From Vectrevirus LI10P3: a stretch of DNA of 44,534 bases. Location: the sequence record OZ035807.1; one strand, given 5' to 3'. The notes beneath the pieces were generated by a model that saw only the letters and a list, made by a program, of their open reading frames with translations, was not told where the DNA came from and did not search any database. Below, piece after piece: positions 8,286-17,228 of this stretch; position 1 is the stretch's first letter, and every line of letters begins with the position of its first letter. The position numbers and the translations under genes are program-made.

Positions 8286-9131
8286 GCAGGTTAATATCTT
8301 AGTGTACACAAGGGCAGACCTAGGTTTGCTCTTAGTGTATTTACAATGGAGGTCTTATGTATATACCTATGGAAGCAATAGTAGGTTGCCTATGCTTGTT
8401 GATAGGTTTCGTTATAGGCTTACTAGTAAATCCTTAGTCCTGTACAAGGATTAACCAAAGTCAAAATTTTAATATAGGCGTGTGTGAGGTGTCTCGCCCT
8501 CGCCCTCGCCGGATTTCCCCCATATGGGGCCGCGTTGCGGTTGGCTTGGGAATTGGGCTGGGCTGGTCCGTCTTCGACGGGTGGGCCGAGGTCTGCCGAG
8601 GCTTGCTCTTAGTGGGAGCACAAGGAGAACGCCTAGGAAGCGCTAGGGCACGCCTTAGTATTGGACAAGGTGATTGCCTTAGTGAAGCCTCTTAGTGCAT
8701 TCCTGAGGTCATTCAGGGCGCTTATGAGGGATTGACAGGGTGGATGGGCGTGGGCTATCTGTTCGTTTCGTTCACTCCGCTTGCGCTACGTTCACTCGCT
8801 CACGTGTACCTTAGGTTATTCCTTGATGGATAGCTTAGGTTAGCCTTAGTGGATTACCTTAGTTAAAGCCTTAGTGCTTCACTTAGTATCAGCTTAGTAG
8901 TGTACCTTAGTAAGTATTAGTGTCTTCTCTTAGTGATTGCACATGCAAGCATGTAAGATGCCATTAGGTCGCGGTCGGTAGACCGCTAAAGAAGGAGAAT
9001 AGTAATAAGATGCAGTAGGAGGAACACCAGAAACCTAGCCAACCTAGCCTATCCTAGCTCTGTATCTATTGCTTTTCCTTAGTCTAACATGTGAGACAAC
9101 CTAGATTTATCTTAGTGATGATATCTTAGTG

Positions 9132-9160
9132 TTGACAAGGCCATCTCAATATAATACTAT
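9132..9160 (+). promoter_or_regulatory. candidate host sigma70 early promoter
   Basis: TTGACA - 17 bp - TACTAT read directly. Confidence 0.4.
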
Positions 9161-9199
9161 TCATCACGTAGGCAGCACTGAGGTGCTTAGTAGCCAGCT

Positions 9200-9260
9200 A
9201 GTAAGGCATACGAAGAGACTAGCGCTTACATTGCTCTTTAACAATTTGCTTAGTGTAACC
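9200..9260 (+). promoter_or_regulatory. RNase III-like processing element
   Basis: Contains GCTCTTTAACAAT, a motif I recall from the T7 R0.3 RNase III site; recurs three times upstream of early genes. Confidence 0.35.
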
Positions 9261-9303
9261 TATGTATGCCGTGGTTAATTACTTATTGAATGAGGGATTA
9301 ACT

Positions 9304-9483
9304 ATGACATTAAACAACCGTGAACTATCCGTTCTCTTCACTCTGTTGTGCTACATGATTCGTAACAACAAATTGCTTACAGATGACGAGTTGGCACTGT
9401 ATCATCGCTTTCTTAACGAAGGTTGGACCGATACAGTTAATCAACACCGTAACATGATAGATGAGTTGAGGGAGGGTAAATAA
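9304..9483 (+). CDS. hypothetical early protein
   Basis: 59 aa from ATG 9304 with GAGGGA RBS. Confidence 0.5.
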   Translation: MTLNNRELSVLFTLLCYMIRNNKLLTDDELALYHRFLNEGWTDTVNQHRNMIDELREGK

Positions 9484-9707
9484 TGTATCAACATGAGGTA
9501 TTCTTTGAATCAGCTAGCGAAGCTATTCGCTTCTTTGAGGACATGCTGCGAAATGGTGTAGGTGTGCATGTACATAGCTTTCTACTAGATTATGACACTG
9601 AATATCACCGAGTTACCTTAGTATCTGAGTATGACAACCAAGTCATTACTGAGTATCTAGGCAGTGAAGATTACGATTACGATGAAGTAATCACGACAAA
9701 TCTCTAA
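9483..9707 (+). CDS. hypothetical early protein (acidic C-terminus)
   Basis: 74 aa; AGGGAGGG RBS; start overlaps upstream stop (TAAATG). Confidence 0.55.
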   Translation: MYQHEVFFESASEAIRFFEDMLRNGVGVHVHSFLLDYDTEYHRVTLVSEYDNQVITEYLGSEDYDYDEVITTNL

Positions 9708-9715
9708 ATTAACTG

Positions 9716-9744
9716 TTGACAGCCACGGCATACAAGGTTACATT
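9716..9744 (+). promoter_or_regulatory. candidate host sigma70 early promoter
   Basis: TTGACA - 17 bp - TACATT. Confidence 0.4.
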
Positions 9745-9835
9745 AAGCATCAAGACGGCGACGTCTTTAAACATCCCGCTCTTTAACAATACGGTTTGTG
9801 TCTTGATAGGCTAACTAACTAACTAAGGTAATTAT
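9745..9835 (+). promoter_or_regulatory. RNase III-like processing element
   Basis: GCTCTTTAACAAT plus long-range complementarity ATCAAGAC/GTCTTGAT and CTAACTAACTAA tail. Confidence 0.4.
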
Positions 9836-9836
9836 C

Positions 9837-9947
9837 ATGAAAGGTTTAATTTGTGTAGAACGTATGGTCAATGGTAAACTTGAAATATTACCACTGGAAA
9901 ACCAATCTAGCTTCAAAGAGTGGTATGGCTGTTTCTCACTGATTTAA
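9837..9947 (+). CDS. hypothetical small early protein
   Basis: 36-aa ORF (MKGLICVERMVNGK...) between two RNase III-like elements; weak RBS. Confidence 0.25.
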   Translation: MKGLICVERMVNGKLEILPLENQSSFKEWYGCFSLI

Positions 9948-9959
9948 GGTAAAGGCTGG

Positions 9960-10085
9960 CACTAGTCAGCCTATCAAGGCGCAAACCAAGCTCTTTAACA
10001 ATTTGGATGGTAGCTTCTTAGTCTGGATAGGTTAAACCTAGGGGATTCTCTTGAGTCTCCTATAATGTAACCTAACTAACTAAAT
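9960..10085 (+). promoter_or_regulatory. RNase III-like processing element upstream of ocr
   Basis: GCTCTTTAACAATTTGG nearly identical to the motif upstream of T7 gene 0.3 as I recall it; CCTATC/GATAGG complementarity. Confidence 0.45.
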
Positions 10086-10098
10086 GAGGATTAATAAC

Positions 10099-10452
10099 AT
10101 GGCTATGTCTAATATGACTTACTCTCAGGTTTACAACACCGCTCATGCTGCATTAGTTGAACGTATCTGGAATGATGATATTGATTGTATCGATAACGCA
10201 CATGATGCAATCCATGATGTGGCGGATAGCGCTGTACCAATCTATTATGCTGACATCTTCTCCGTGATGGCGAGTGAAGGAATTGATTATTTCTTCGAAG
10301 ACTCCGGCCTGATGCCAGACACTAAGGATGTAACCGTAGTATTGCAAGCCCGTATCTATGAGCAACTCACAATTGATCTATGGGAACATGTTCAGTATAT
10401 GATTGTTGAATACGTCAACTCCGCCGAATATTTAGAAGAAGAAGAGGAATAA
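10099..10452 (+). CDS. ocr: Ocr-like DNA-mimic anti-restriction protein (T7 gp0.3 homolog)
   Basis: MAMSNMTY N-terminus, [19 protein letters not shown], [13 protein letters not shown] and [14 protein letters not shown] blocks match T7 Ocr as I recall it; acidic EEEEE tail; TGAGGA RBS. Confidence 0.85.
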   Translation: MAMSNMTYSQVYNTAHAALVERIWNDDIDCIDNAHDAIHDVADSAVPIYYADIFSVMASEGIDYFFEDSGLMPDTKDVTVVLQARIYEQLTIDLWEHVQYMIVEYVNSAEYLEEEEE

Positions 10453-10454
10453 GA

Positions 10455-10568
10455 ATGGAAAAGCTATACAACTTCATCTTTTCAGACGGTGTAACCCTGA
10501 AGTGTTCCCTGCGTTTCGCACAAATTCGTGAGGAAGTACTAGGCACTACATACAAACTATTTAGCTGA
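10455..10568 (+). CDS. hypothetical small protein
   Basis: 37-aa ORF with GAGGAA RBS immediately after ocr. Confidence 0.25.
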   Translation: MEKLYNFIFSDGVTLKCSLRFAQIREEVLGTTYKLFS

Positions 10569-10584
10569 CACTATAAGAGAAGGC
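10564..10584 (+). promoter_or_regulatory. degenerate phage promoter-like sequence
   Basis: AGCTGACACTATAAGAGAAGG; core has GA/AG transposition (TATAAGAG vs TATAGAAG). Confidence 0.2.
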
Positions 10585-10644
10585 TTAACAAGGCGTTGCT
10601 ACGGTAGCGCCTGATTAAACTTTCACTTACTAAGAGTTTAGACT

Positions 10645-10872
10645 ATGGATTTAGATAGCATCATTATGGCATTTGCTCTTATTGGCTTAAGCTGGTGCTC
10701 CTATCACCTTTACCGTGAGTTCTTATTTGATAAAGCTAAACGCAAACTAAGAAAGGAAGGCGGTAATTACCTTTGTGTAAGAGGTGGGCTTGTAGAATAC
10801 ATTGCACCTAACGGCACGGAATGCTCCATTAGCAAAGATGCATTTATAGAAACGTGGCATTACATCAAGTAA
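10645..10872 (+). CDS. hypothetical early membrane protein
   Basis: 75 aa, N-terminal hydrophobic helix IIMAFALIGLSWCSY. Confidence 0.5.
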   Translation: MDLDSIIMAFALIGLSWCSYHLYREFLFDKAKRKLRKEGGNYLCVRGGLVEYIAPNGTECSISKDAFIETWHYIK

Positions 10873-10935
10873 CTAGCCTATAGCCTACCTGAGTGGGCTA
10901 TGTGATATTTACTTACACTATATAAGGTGACTATT

Positions 10936-11859
10936 ATGACTACTGAAAACATCCTCCTGTCTGTCCGTGAAGCTGCAACCGCTGAGATTAAGCAGCATTT
11001 GGATAATATCGGCACTTCTTACATCAAAGTTGGCGCTTGTCTGAATGAATTACGCGGTGATTTCGAAGGTCAAAAAGACTTTTTAGCTTATGTAGAATCA
11101 GAGTTCGGCATCAAGAAAGCACAATGCTACAAGCTGATGAGTGTAGCCCGTGTCTTTGAAGGAGACGAACGCTTTAAAGGTGTGGCTATGCGTGTAATGC
11201 TGGCGCTTGTTCCTTTCGCTGATGAAAATATAATCATGGAGAAGGCCGCAGAACTCGCCGCAGAGGGCAAGCTGGACACTAACGCCGTAAACGCCCTGAT
11301 TGATCCTAAGAAAGAGACAAAGGCCGAGACGGTACAATCTAAGGCTGAGGTGGTAAAACCGCAGGAGAATGCGACTGAGGCCGCAGAAACTATGCAAGGA
11401 CATGCGACCTTTGAGGATTTCATCTTAGAGAAGGCGAAAGAGGATTTACAAAGTGTGCCGCCAGTAAGTGAGTCGGGTAACGACGAATCCGCACCGTGGG
11501 AAGATGAAAGCAAGCCGGAAGCGCCTAAGGCCGCGCCACTGGACAACACGGCTAACACTGAAAACGCCGCTATGGCTGGCCTACTGGCACAAATTAAGGC
11601 ACTGACTGAGCAATTACAGGCAGCTAACGACCGCATCGCCGCCCTAACCAGTGCACGTGAAAGCAAGAAGGCAGCCGCGCCTATGCTTCCCCAATTCAAA
11701 TCTAAATGTTTCTATGCTCGCTTGGGTTTAAGCGCTGAGGAGGCAACGAAGAAAACAGCAGTTAACAAGGCACGCCGCGAACTGGTTAAGCTAGGCTATG
11801 GTGAAGGCCATGAAGCATGGGCCTTAATCTCTGAGGCAGTAGAAGAATTAACTAAGTAA
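10936..11859 (+). CDS. hypothetical early protein (T7 gene 0.7 position, no kinase motifs)
   Basis: 307 aa from ATG 10936 (AAGGTGA RBS); low-complexity A/E/K/P-rich centre; no GxGxxG or HRD kinase motifs seen. Confidence 0.6.
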   Translation: MTTENILLSVREAATAEIKQHLDNIGTSYIKVGACLNELRGDFEGQKDFLAYVESEFGIKKAQCYKLMSVARVFEGDERFKGVAMRVMLALVPFADENIIMEKAAELAAEGKLDTNAVNALIDPKKETKAETVQSKAEVVKPQENATEAAETMQGHATFEDFILEKAKEDLQSVPPVSESGNDESAPWEDESKPEAPKAAPLDNTANTENAAMAGLLAQIKALTEQLQAANDRIAALTSARESKKAAAPMLPQFKSKCFYARLGLSAEEATKKTAVNKARRELVKLGYGEGHEAWALISEAVEELTK

Positions 11860-11922
11860 CCTTATCGGTGGCATCTTCTTAGGTGTCACCTATTAAGGTT
11901 TCTTTCACTAGGAGTAAACAAG

Positions 11923-14550
11923 ATGCAAGACTTACACGCTATTCAACTTCAACTTGAAGAAGAAATGTTTAACGGCGGTATCCGTCGCTTTGAAGCGGAC
12001 CAACAGCGCCAGATTGCATCCGGTAATGAATCAGACACGGCATGGAATCGCCGCTTATTGTCCGAGTTAATTGCGCCAATGGCTGAAGGTATTCAGGCAT
12101 ACAAGGAAGAGTATGAAGGCAAGCGCGGTCGTGCACCACGTGCATTGGCTTTCATTAACTGCGTAGAAAATGAAGTGGCAGCGTATATCACGATGAAGAT
12201 CGTAATGGATATGCTTAACACTGATGTAACCTTGCAAGCTATCGCTATGAATGTAGCTGACCGCATCGAAGACCAAGTGCGCTTCAGTAAACTAGAAGGC
12301 CATGCAGCTAAATATTTTGAGAAGGTCAAGAAGTCACTTAAGGCAAGTAAGACTAAATCATATCGCCATGCGCACAACGTAGCGGTCGTGGCTGAGAAGT
12401 CAGTAGCTGACCGTGACGCTGATTTCTCCCGCTGGGAGGCATGGCCTAAAGACACCTTGCTGCAAATTGGGATGACCTTGCTTGAAATCTTAGAGAATAG
12501 CGTATTCTTCAACGGGCAACCTGTCTTCCTCCGCACCTTGCGCACTAATGGCGGCAAACATGGTGTTTACTACCTACAGACTAGTGAACACGTAGGTGAG
12601 TGGATAACTGCATTTAAAGAACATGTAGCGCAACTTAGTCCAGCCTATGCACCTTGCGTTATTCCTCCGCGTCCGTGGGTATCACCCTTTAACGGTGGGT
12701 TTCATACTGAGAAAGTAGCAAGCCGTATTCGTCTGGTAAAAGGCAATCGTGAGCACGTCCGCAAGCTGACCAAAAAGCAAATGCCAGCGGTTTACAAGGC
12801 TGTTAACGCTTTGCAGGCGACTAAGTGGCAGGTTAATAAAGAGGTTTTACAGGTTGTGGAGGACGTTATACGTCTAGACCTCGGCTATGGTGTACCTTCC
12901 TTTAAACCACTCATCGACCGTGAGAACAAGCCAGCTAATCCGGTGCCGTTAGAGTTCCAGCACCTGCGAGGCCGTGAACTGAAAGAAATGCTTACGCCGG
13001 AACAATGGCAAGCCTTTATCAACTGGAAAGGTGAATGTACTAAGCTGTACACCGCTGAAACTAAGCGCGGAAGCAAATCGGCGGCAACCGTTCGCATGGT
13101 TGGTCAGGCCCGTAAATATAGCCAGTTCGACGCAATCTACTTCGTGTATGCACTGGACAGCCGCAGCCGTGTATACGCGCAATCTAGCACACTCTCACCG
13201 CAATCAAATGACTTGGGCAAGGCCTTGCTCCGTTTTACCGAAGGGCAGCGTCTTGATAGCGCTGAGGCGCTTAAGTGGTTTTTGGTGAACGGGGCTAATA
13301 ACTGGGGTTGGGATAAGAAAACTTTTGACGTGCGCACTGCTAACGTGCTGGATAGTGAATTTCAAGACATGTGCCGCGACATTGCAGCGGATCCGCTGAC
13401 CTTCACTCAATGGGTAAATGCCGACTCCCCTTACGGCTTCCTTGCATGGTGCTTTGAATATGCGCGTTATCTGGATGCACTGGATGAAGGCACGCAAGAC
13501 CAATTCATGACGCACCTCCCAGTCCATCAAGATGGTAGTTGTTCTGGTATCCAGCACTACAGTGCTATGCTACGCGATGCAGTAGGTGCGAAAGCAGTAA
13601 ACCTTAAGCCCTCTGACTCTCCTCAAGATATTTATGGTGCCGTTGCGCAGGTAGTAATTCAGAAGAATTATGCATACATGAATGCAGAGGATGCGGAAAC
13701 CTTCACTTCTGGCAGCGTGACTTTAACAGGTGCGGAGCTGCGTAGTATGGCTAGTGCGTGGGATATGATAGGAATCACTCGCGGCCTGACCAAAAAGCCC
13801 GTAATGACACTACCTTATGGCAGCACACGTCTAACCTGCCGTGAGTCAGTGATTGATTATATCGTTGATTTAGAAGAAAAAGAGGCCCAACGGGCTATTG
13901 CGGAAGGGCGTACCGCCAATCCTGTACACCCTTTTGATAATGACCGTAAGGACAGCCTGACACCTAGCGCAGCTTATAACTATATGACAGCTTTAATCTG
14001 GCCTTCTATTTCGGAAGTGGTTAAAGCTCCTATAGTGGCAATGAAAATGATTCGTCAGCTTGCACGTTTCGCAGCTAAAAGGAATGAAGGCTTAGAGTAC
14101 ACCTTGCCTACTGGCTTCATCTTGCAACAAAAGATAATGGCGACAGATATGCTCCGCGTATCTACTTGCTTGATGGGAGAAATCAAGATGAGTCTACAGA
14201 TTGAAACGGACGTAGTGGATGAAACGGCTATGATGGGCGCTGCTGCCCCTAACTTTGTGCACGGTCATGATGCCAGTCACCTTATCTTAACGGTCTGCGA
14301 CCTTGTTGATAAAGGGATTACATCTATCGCAGTAATTCATGATTCTTTTGGCACTCATGCAGGTCGCACCGCAGACCTACGTGATAGTCTAAGGGCAGAA
14401 ATGGTGAAGATGTATCAAGGCCGTAATGCCCTGCAAAGCCTGTTAGATGAGCATGAAGAACGCTGGTTAGTAGACACCGGAATCCAAGTGCCAGAGCAAG
14501 GAGAGTTTGACCTTAACGAAATCTTAGTATCTGACTATTGCTTCGCATAA
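11923..14550 (+). CDS. single-subunit DNA-dependent RNA polymerase (SP6-type)
   Basis: 875 aa; N-terminus [30 protein letters not shown] and motifs [34 protein letters not shown] match the SP6 RNAP family as I recall it; C-terminal ...DYCFA. Confidence 0.95.
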   Translation: MQDLHAIQLQLEEEMFNGGIRRFEADQQRQIASGNESDTAWNRRLLSELIAPMAEGIQAYKEEYEGKRGRAPRALAFINCVENEVAAYITMKIVMDMLNTDVTLQAIAMNVADRIEDQVRFSKLEGHAAKYFEKVKKSLKASKTKSYRHAHNVAVVAEKSVADRDADFSRWEAWPKDTLLQIGMTLLEILENSVFFNGQPVFLRTLRTNGGKHGVYYLQTSEHVGEWITAFKEHVAQLSPAYAPCVIPPRPWVSPFNGGFHTEKVASRIRLVKGNREHVRKLTKKQMPAVYKAVNALQATKWQVNKEVLQVVEDVIRLDLGYGVPSFKPLIDRENKPANPVPLEFQHLRGRELKEMLTPEQWQAFINWKGECTKLYTAETKRGSKSAATVRMVGQARKYSQFDAIYFVYALDSRSRVYAQSSTLSPQSNDLGKALLRFTEGQRLDSAEALKWFLVNGANNWGWDKKTFDVRTANVLDSEFQDMCRDIAADPLTFTQWVNADSPYGFLAWCFEYARYLDALDEGTQDQFMTHLPVHQDGSCSGIQHYSAMLRDAVGAKAVNLKPSDSPQDIYGAVAQVVIQKNYAYMNAEDAETFTSGSVTLTGAELRSMASAWDMIGITRGLTKKPVMTLPYGSTRLTCRESVIDYIVDLEEKEAQRAIAEGRTANPVHPFDNDRKDSLTPSAAYNYMTALIWPSISEVVKAPIVAMKMIRQLARFAAKRNEGLEYTLPTGFILQQKIMATDMLRVSTCLMGEIKMSLQIETDVVDETAMMGAAAPNFVHGHDASHLILTVCDLVDKGITSIAVIHDSFGTHAGRTADLRDSLRAEMVKMYQGRNALQSLLDEHEERWLVDTGIQVPEQGEFDLNEILVSDYCFA

Positions 14551-14558
14551 TATTAATA

Positions 14559-14590
14559 GGCCATTCCTTCGGGAGTGGCCTTTCTTTTAC
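14559..14590 (+). terminator. early terminator hairpin after RNAP gene
   Basis: AGGCCATTCC-TTCG-GGAGTGGCCT stem-loop (one G-U pair) followed by TTTCTTTT. Confidence 0.55.
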
Positions 14591-14639
14591 CTACTACCGG
14601 TAACATTTCATTAACATAAAGTGTCTCACATGTGAGACT

Positions 14640-14664
14640 TATTTACCGGACACTATAGGATAGC
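14640..14664 (+). promoter_or_regulatory. phage RNAP promoter variant
   Basis: TATTTACCGGACACTATAGGATAG. Confidence 0.5.
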
Positions 14665-14825
14665 CGTCGGAGACGGGAAAGAAAAGGGAAGATAAAGGAT
14701 ATAAAAGGAAGTAATAGGTATTAAAGGCTATATAGGTTATCTAGGAATACCTATTACCTTCTTCCTTCCTCTTATTACTACTTAGAGGAAGGGCAGATCT
14801 AGGTTGTCTCACATGTGAGACTTCG

Positions 14826-14849
14826 TATTTACCGGACAGTATAGATAAG
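14826..14849 (+). promoter_or_regulatory. phage RNAP promoter variant
   Basis: TATTTACCGGACAGTATAGATAAG (two core substitutions). Confidence 0.4.
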
Positions 14850-14874
14850 ACTAACTTACTTTGGAGATTTAACC

Positions 14875-15003
14875 ATGCGTAACTTTGAGAAGATGACCCG
14901 TAAAGCTAACCGTTTTGACATGGAAGAAGGGCAGAAGAAAGGCAAGAAGCTGAATAAACCTGTCCGTGACCGTGCATCTAAACGCGCTGCGTGGGAGTTC
15001 TAA
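14875..15003 (+). CDS. T7 gp1.1-like small basic protein
   Basis: 42 aa MRNFEKMTRKANRF...KKLNKPVRDRASKRAAWEF resembles T7 gene 1.1 product as I recall it; GGAGA RBS. Confidence 0.5.
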   Translation: MRNFEKMTRKANRFDMEEGQKKGKKLNKPVRDRASKRAAWEF

Positions 15004-15006
15004 GTT

Positions 15007-16995
15007 ATGGCTATTATTCAGAATGTACCGTGTCCTGCTTGCCAAAAGAATGGACATGATATTACTGGCAACCATCTTATGATATTTGAGGATGGCGCTG
15101 GTTACTGTAACCGTGGTCACTTCCATGATAATGGGAAGCCTTATTACCATAAGCCAGAGGGTGGCATCGAGATAACCGAGTTACCTATTACTGGCAATAT
15201 CAAATATACACCTTCTCAATTCAAAGAAATGGAGAAGGAAGGGAAGATAAGCGACCCTAAGCTACGCGCCATCGCTCTTGGTGGTATGCGTATGAAAGAC
15301 CGTTGGGAGGTCATGAATGAGCAAGAAAGGGCAGACCAAGAAGCAGAGTGGAAACTTGATGTTGAATGGTTCCTCACGCTTAAGCGTAAGAACCTTGTAT
15401 CCCGTCACATTCGAGGTGACATCGCAGCAATGTACGATGTGCGCGTTGGACACGATGAAGAGGGAAGAGTCAACCGTCACTATTATCCACGATATGAAAA
15501 GGGTGTGCTTGTTGGGGCAAAATGCCGGACGTTGCCGAAGGATTTTAAGTTCGGACACCTAGGTAAACTCTTTGGTATGCAAGATCTTTTCGGTATGAAC
15601 ACTTTGTCTCACGTGTTAGACAAGGGGAGACGAAAGGATTGCTTGCTTATTGTAGGCGGTGAACTTGATGCACTAGCAGCGCAGCAGATGCTCCTTGATT
15701 CTGCCAAGGGTACTAAGTGGGAAGGCCAGCCATACCATGTATGGTCTGTCAACAAAGGCGAGTCTTGTCTTGAAGAGATAGTGCAAAACCGTGAGCATAT
15801 CGCCCAATTCAAGAAGATTATATGGGGTTTTGATGGAGATGAGGTAGGGCAGAAGCAGAATCAGCAAGCGGCTCGCCTGTTTCCTGGCAAATCCTATATC
15901 CTTGAATACCCCTCTGGTTGCAAAGATGCTAACAAGGCATTGATGGCTGGCAAGGCCAAAGAGTTTGTTGATGCATGGTTTAATGCCAAGTCATCTGATG
16001 AAGTCTTTGGTAGCCAGATTAAATCTATCGCCTCTCAAAGGGATAAGCTCAAGGCTGCACGTCCAGAGCAAGGACTATCATGGCCTTGGCCTAAGCTGAA
16101 CAAGGTAACGCTAGGTATTCGTAAGAACCAACTTATCATTGTAGGCGCAGGCTCTGGTGTAGGTAAGACTGAGTTCCTTCGTGAAGTAGTTAAGCACCTC
16201 ATTGAAGAACACGGTGAATCTGTAGGCATCATTTCTACAGAAGACCCGATGGTCAAGGTGTCCCGTGCTTTTATCGGCAAGTGGGTTGATAAGCGTATTG
16301 AGTTACCGCCAACCAACGACCCGAAAGAAGATGGATACCGTGAGGTGTTCGACTACACCGAGGAAGAGGCTAACGCCGCCATTGATTATGTAGCTGATAC
16401 AGGTAAGCTGTTTGTAGCTGACCTAGAGGGTGACTATTCGATGGAAAAGGTAGAGCAAACTTGCCTAGAGTTTGAGGCTATGGGCATTTCTAATATCATC
16501 ATTGATAACTTAACGGGGATTAAATTAGATGAGCGTGCTTTTGGTGGGAAGGTTGGTGCACTTGATGAATGCGTCAAGCGGATTGGTACTATCAAAGACC
16601 GACACCCGGTTACTATATTCCTTGTATCACACCTTACACGTCCTCCGGCAAACCGTACCCAACACGAAGAAGGTGGCGAAGTTATCCTTTCTGACTTCCG
16701 AGGCTCAGGCGCTATCGGATTCTGGGCATCTTACGCCTTGGGGATTGAGCGTAATACAAGAGCTGAAACGCTTGACGAAAGGACTACCACGTACATCTCA
16801 TGTGTCAAAGACCGCGACCAAGGTATCTACACTGGAACCAAGGTCATGCTTAAGGGTGACATTCAAACCGGACGTTTAATGGAACCACAAGCCCGTACTA
16901 AGTCATTTGATACAGGTGAAGCAAGGCAACAAGAAGTGCCGGATTTACCGGACACTATAGAAGAGACAACCTTTGACGATGAACAGGAGTTTTAA
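15007..16995 (+). CDS. DNA primase/helicase (T7 gp4-like)
   Basis: 662 aa; N-terminal zinc ribbon CPACQ...C..GH; Walker A GAGSGVGKTEF; DnaB-like C-terminal half. Confidence 0.9.
   Translation: MAIIQNVPCPACQKNGHDITGNHLMIFEDGAGYCNRGHFHDNGKPYYHKPEGGIEITELPITGNIKYTPSQFKEMEKEGKISDPKLRAIALGGMRMKDRWEVMNEQERADQEAEWKLDVEWFLTLKRKNLVSRHIRGDIAAMYDVRVGHDEEGRVNRHYYPRYEKGVLVGAKCRTLPKDFKFGHLGKLFGMQDLFGMNTLSHVLDKGRRKDCLLIVGGELDALAAQQMLLDSAKGTKWEGQPYHVWSVNKGESCLEEIVQNREHIAQFKKIIWGFDGDEVGQKQNQQAARLFPGKSYILEYPSGCKDANKALMAGKAKEFVDAWFNAKSSDEVFGSQIKSIASQRDKLKAARPEQGLSWPWPKLNKVTLGIRKNQLIIVGAGSGVGKTEFLREVVKHLIEEHGESVGIISTEDPMVKVSRAFIGKWVDKRIELPPTNDPKEDGYREVFDYTEEEANAAIDYVADTGKLFVADLEGDYSMEKVEQTCLEFEAMGISNIIIDNLTGIKLDERAFGGKVGALDECVKRIGTIKDRHPVTIFLVSHLTRPPANRTQHEEGGEVILSDFRGSGAIGFWASYALGIERNTRAETLDERTTTYISCVKDRDQGIYTGTKVMLKGDIQTGRLMEPQARTKSFDTGEARQQEVPDLPDTIEETTFDDEQEF
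16943..16965 (+). promoter_or_regulatory. phage RNAP promoter (inside 3' end of helicase gene)
   Basis: ATTTACCGGACACTATAGAAGAG. Confidence 0.6.
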
Positions 16996-17156
16996 TGGAA
17001 ATTATTAAACCAGTATTGAATATCGGTATTGAGATCCTATTCATGCTTGTGATCGCAGATTATGCTGCACGATATGGATTCAAGAAAGCTGTGAAACTTA
17101 TCGTTGCATCTGGTTTTCTTATGTCAATGTTCTTTATTGTAACACGCCTTATCTAG
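16995..17156 (+). CDS. small two-helix membrane protein
   Basis: 53-aa ORF MEIIKPVLNIGIEILFMLVIADYAARYGFKKAVKLIVASGFLMSMFFIVTRLI; start overlaps primase stop. Confidence 0.4.
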   Translation: MEIIKPVLNIGIEILFMLVIADYAARYGFKKAVKLIVASGFLMSMFFIVTRLI

Positions 17157-17228
17157 TGTATTTATCAGGGCTTGTCTCACATGTGAGACAGGCTCTTATT
17201 AAGTACATTAAATAACTGGAGATTGATT

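Larger units (their letters stand above)
8290..9260 (+). repeat. genome-terminus region: GC-rich island flanked by CTTAGTR heptamer arrays
   Basis: About 20 copies of CTTAGTG/CCTTAGT on both sides of a GC-rich block (8480-8700) containing CTCGCC x3 and palindrome CCCCATATGGGG; resembles the T7 terminal repeat flanked by CCTAAAG arrays. Confidence 0.5.
14600..14870 (+). promoter_or_regulatory. putative primary replication origin region (tandem promoters, AT-rich inverted repeat, two palindromes)
   Basis: Two phage promoter variants (14640, 14826) flank an AT-rich segment with inverted repeat GGAAGTAATAGGTAT...ATACCTATTACCTTCTTCC; same position relative to the RNAP gene as the T7 primary origin. 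Confidence 0.4.

Noticed and set aside
8480-8695. ORF 8480..8695 (71 aa) in the GC-rich island
   Set aside because: Lies in the putative terminal-repeat region, has no RBS, and its Gly/Arg/Leu-rich translation looks like a by-product of GC-rich non-coding DNA.
8290-9260. Possible CRISPR array suggested by the repeated CTTAGTG units
   Set aside because: Repeats are 7 bp degenerate heptamers with irregular spacing, not 25-40 bp direct repeats with unique spacers; no cas genes anywhere in the window.
11098-13557. Minus-strand ORFs antisense to the early 307-aa gene and the RNAP gene (e.g. 11127..11699, 12093..12557, 13204..13557)
   Set aside because: Antisense to confidently called genes; no start signals; typical spurious ORFs.
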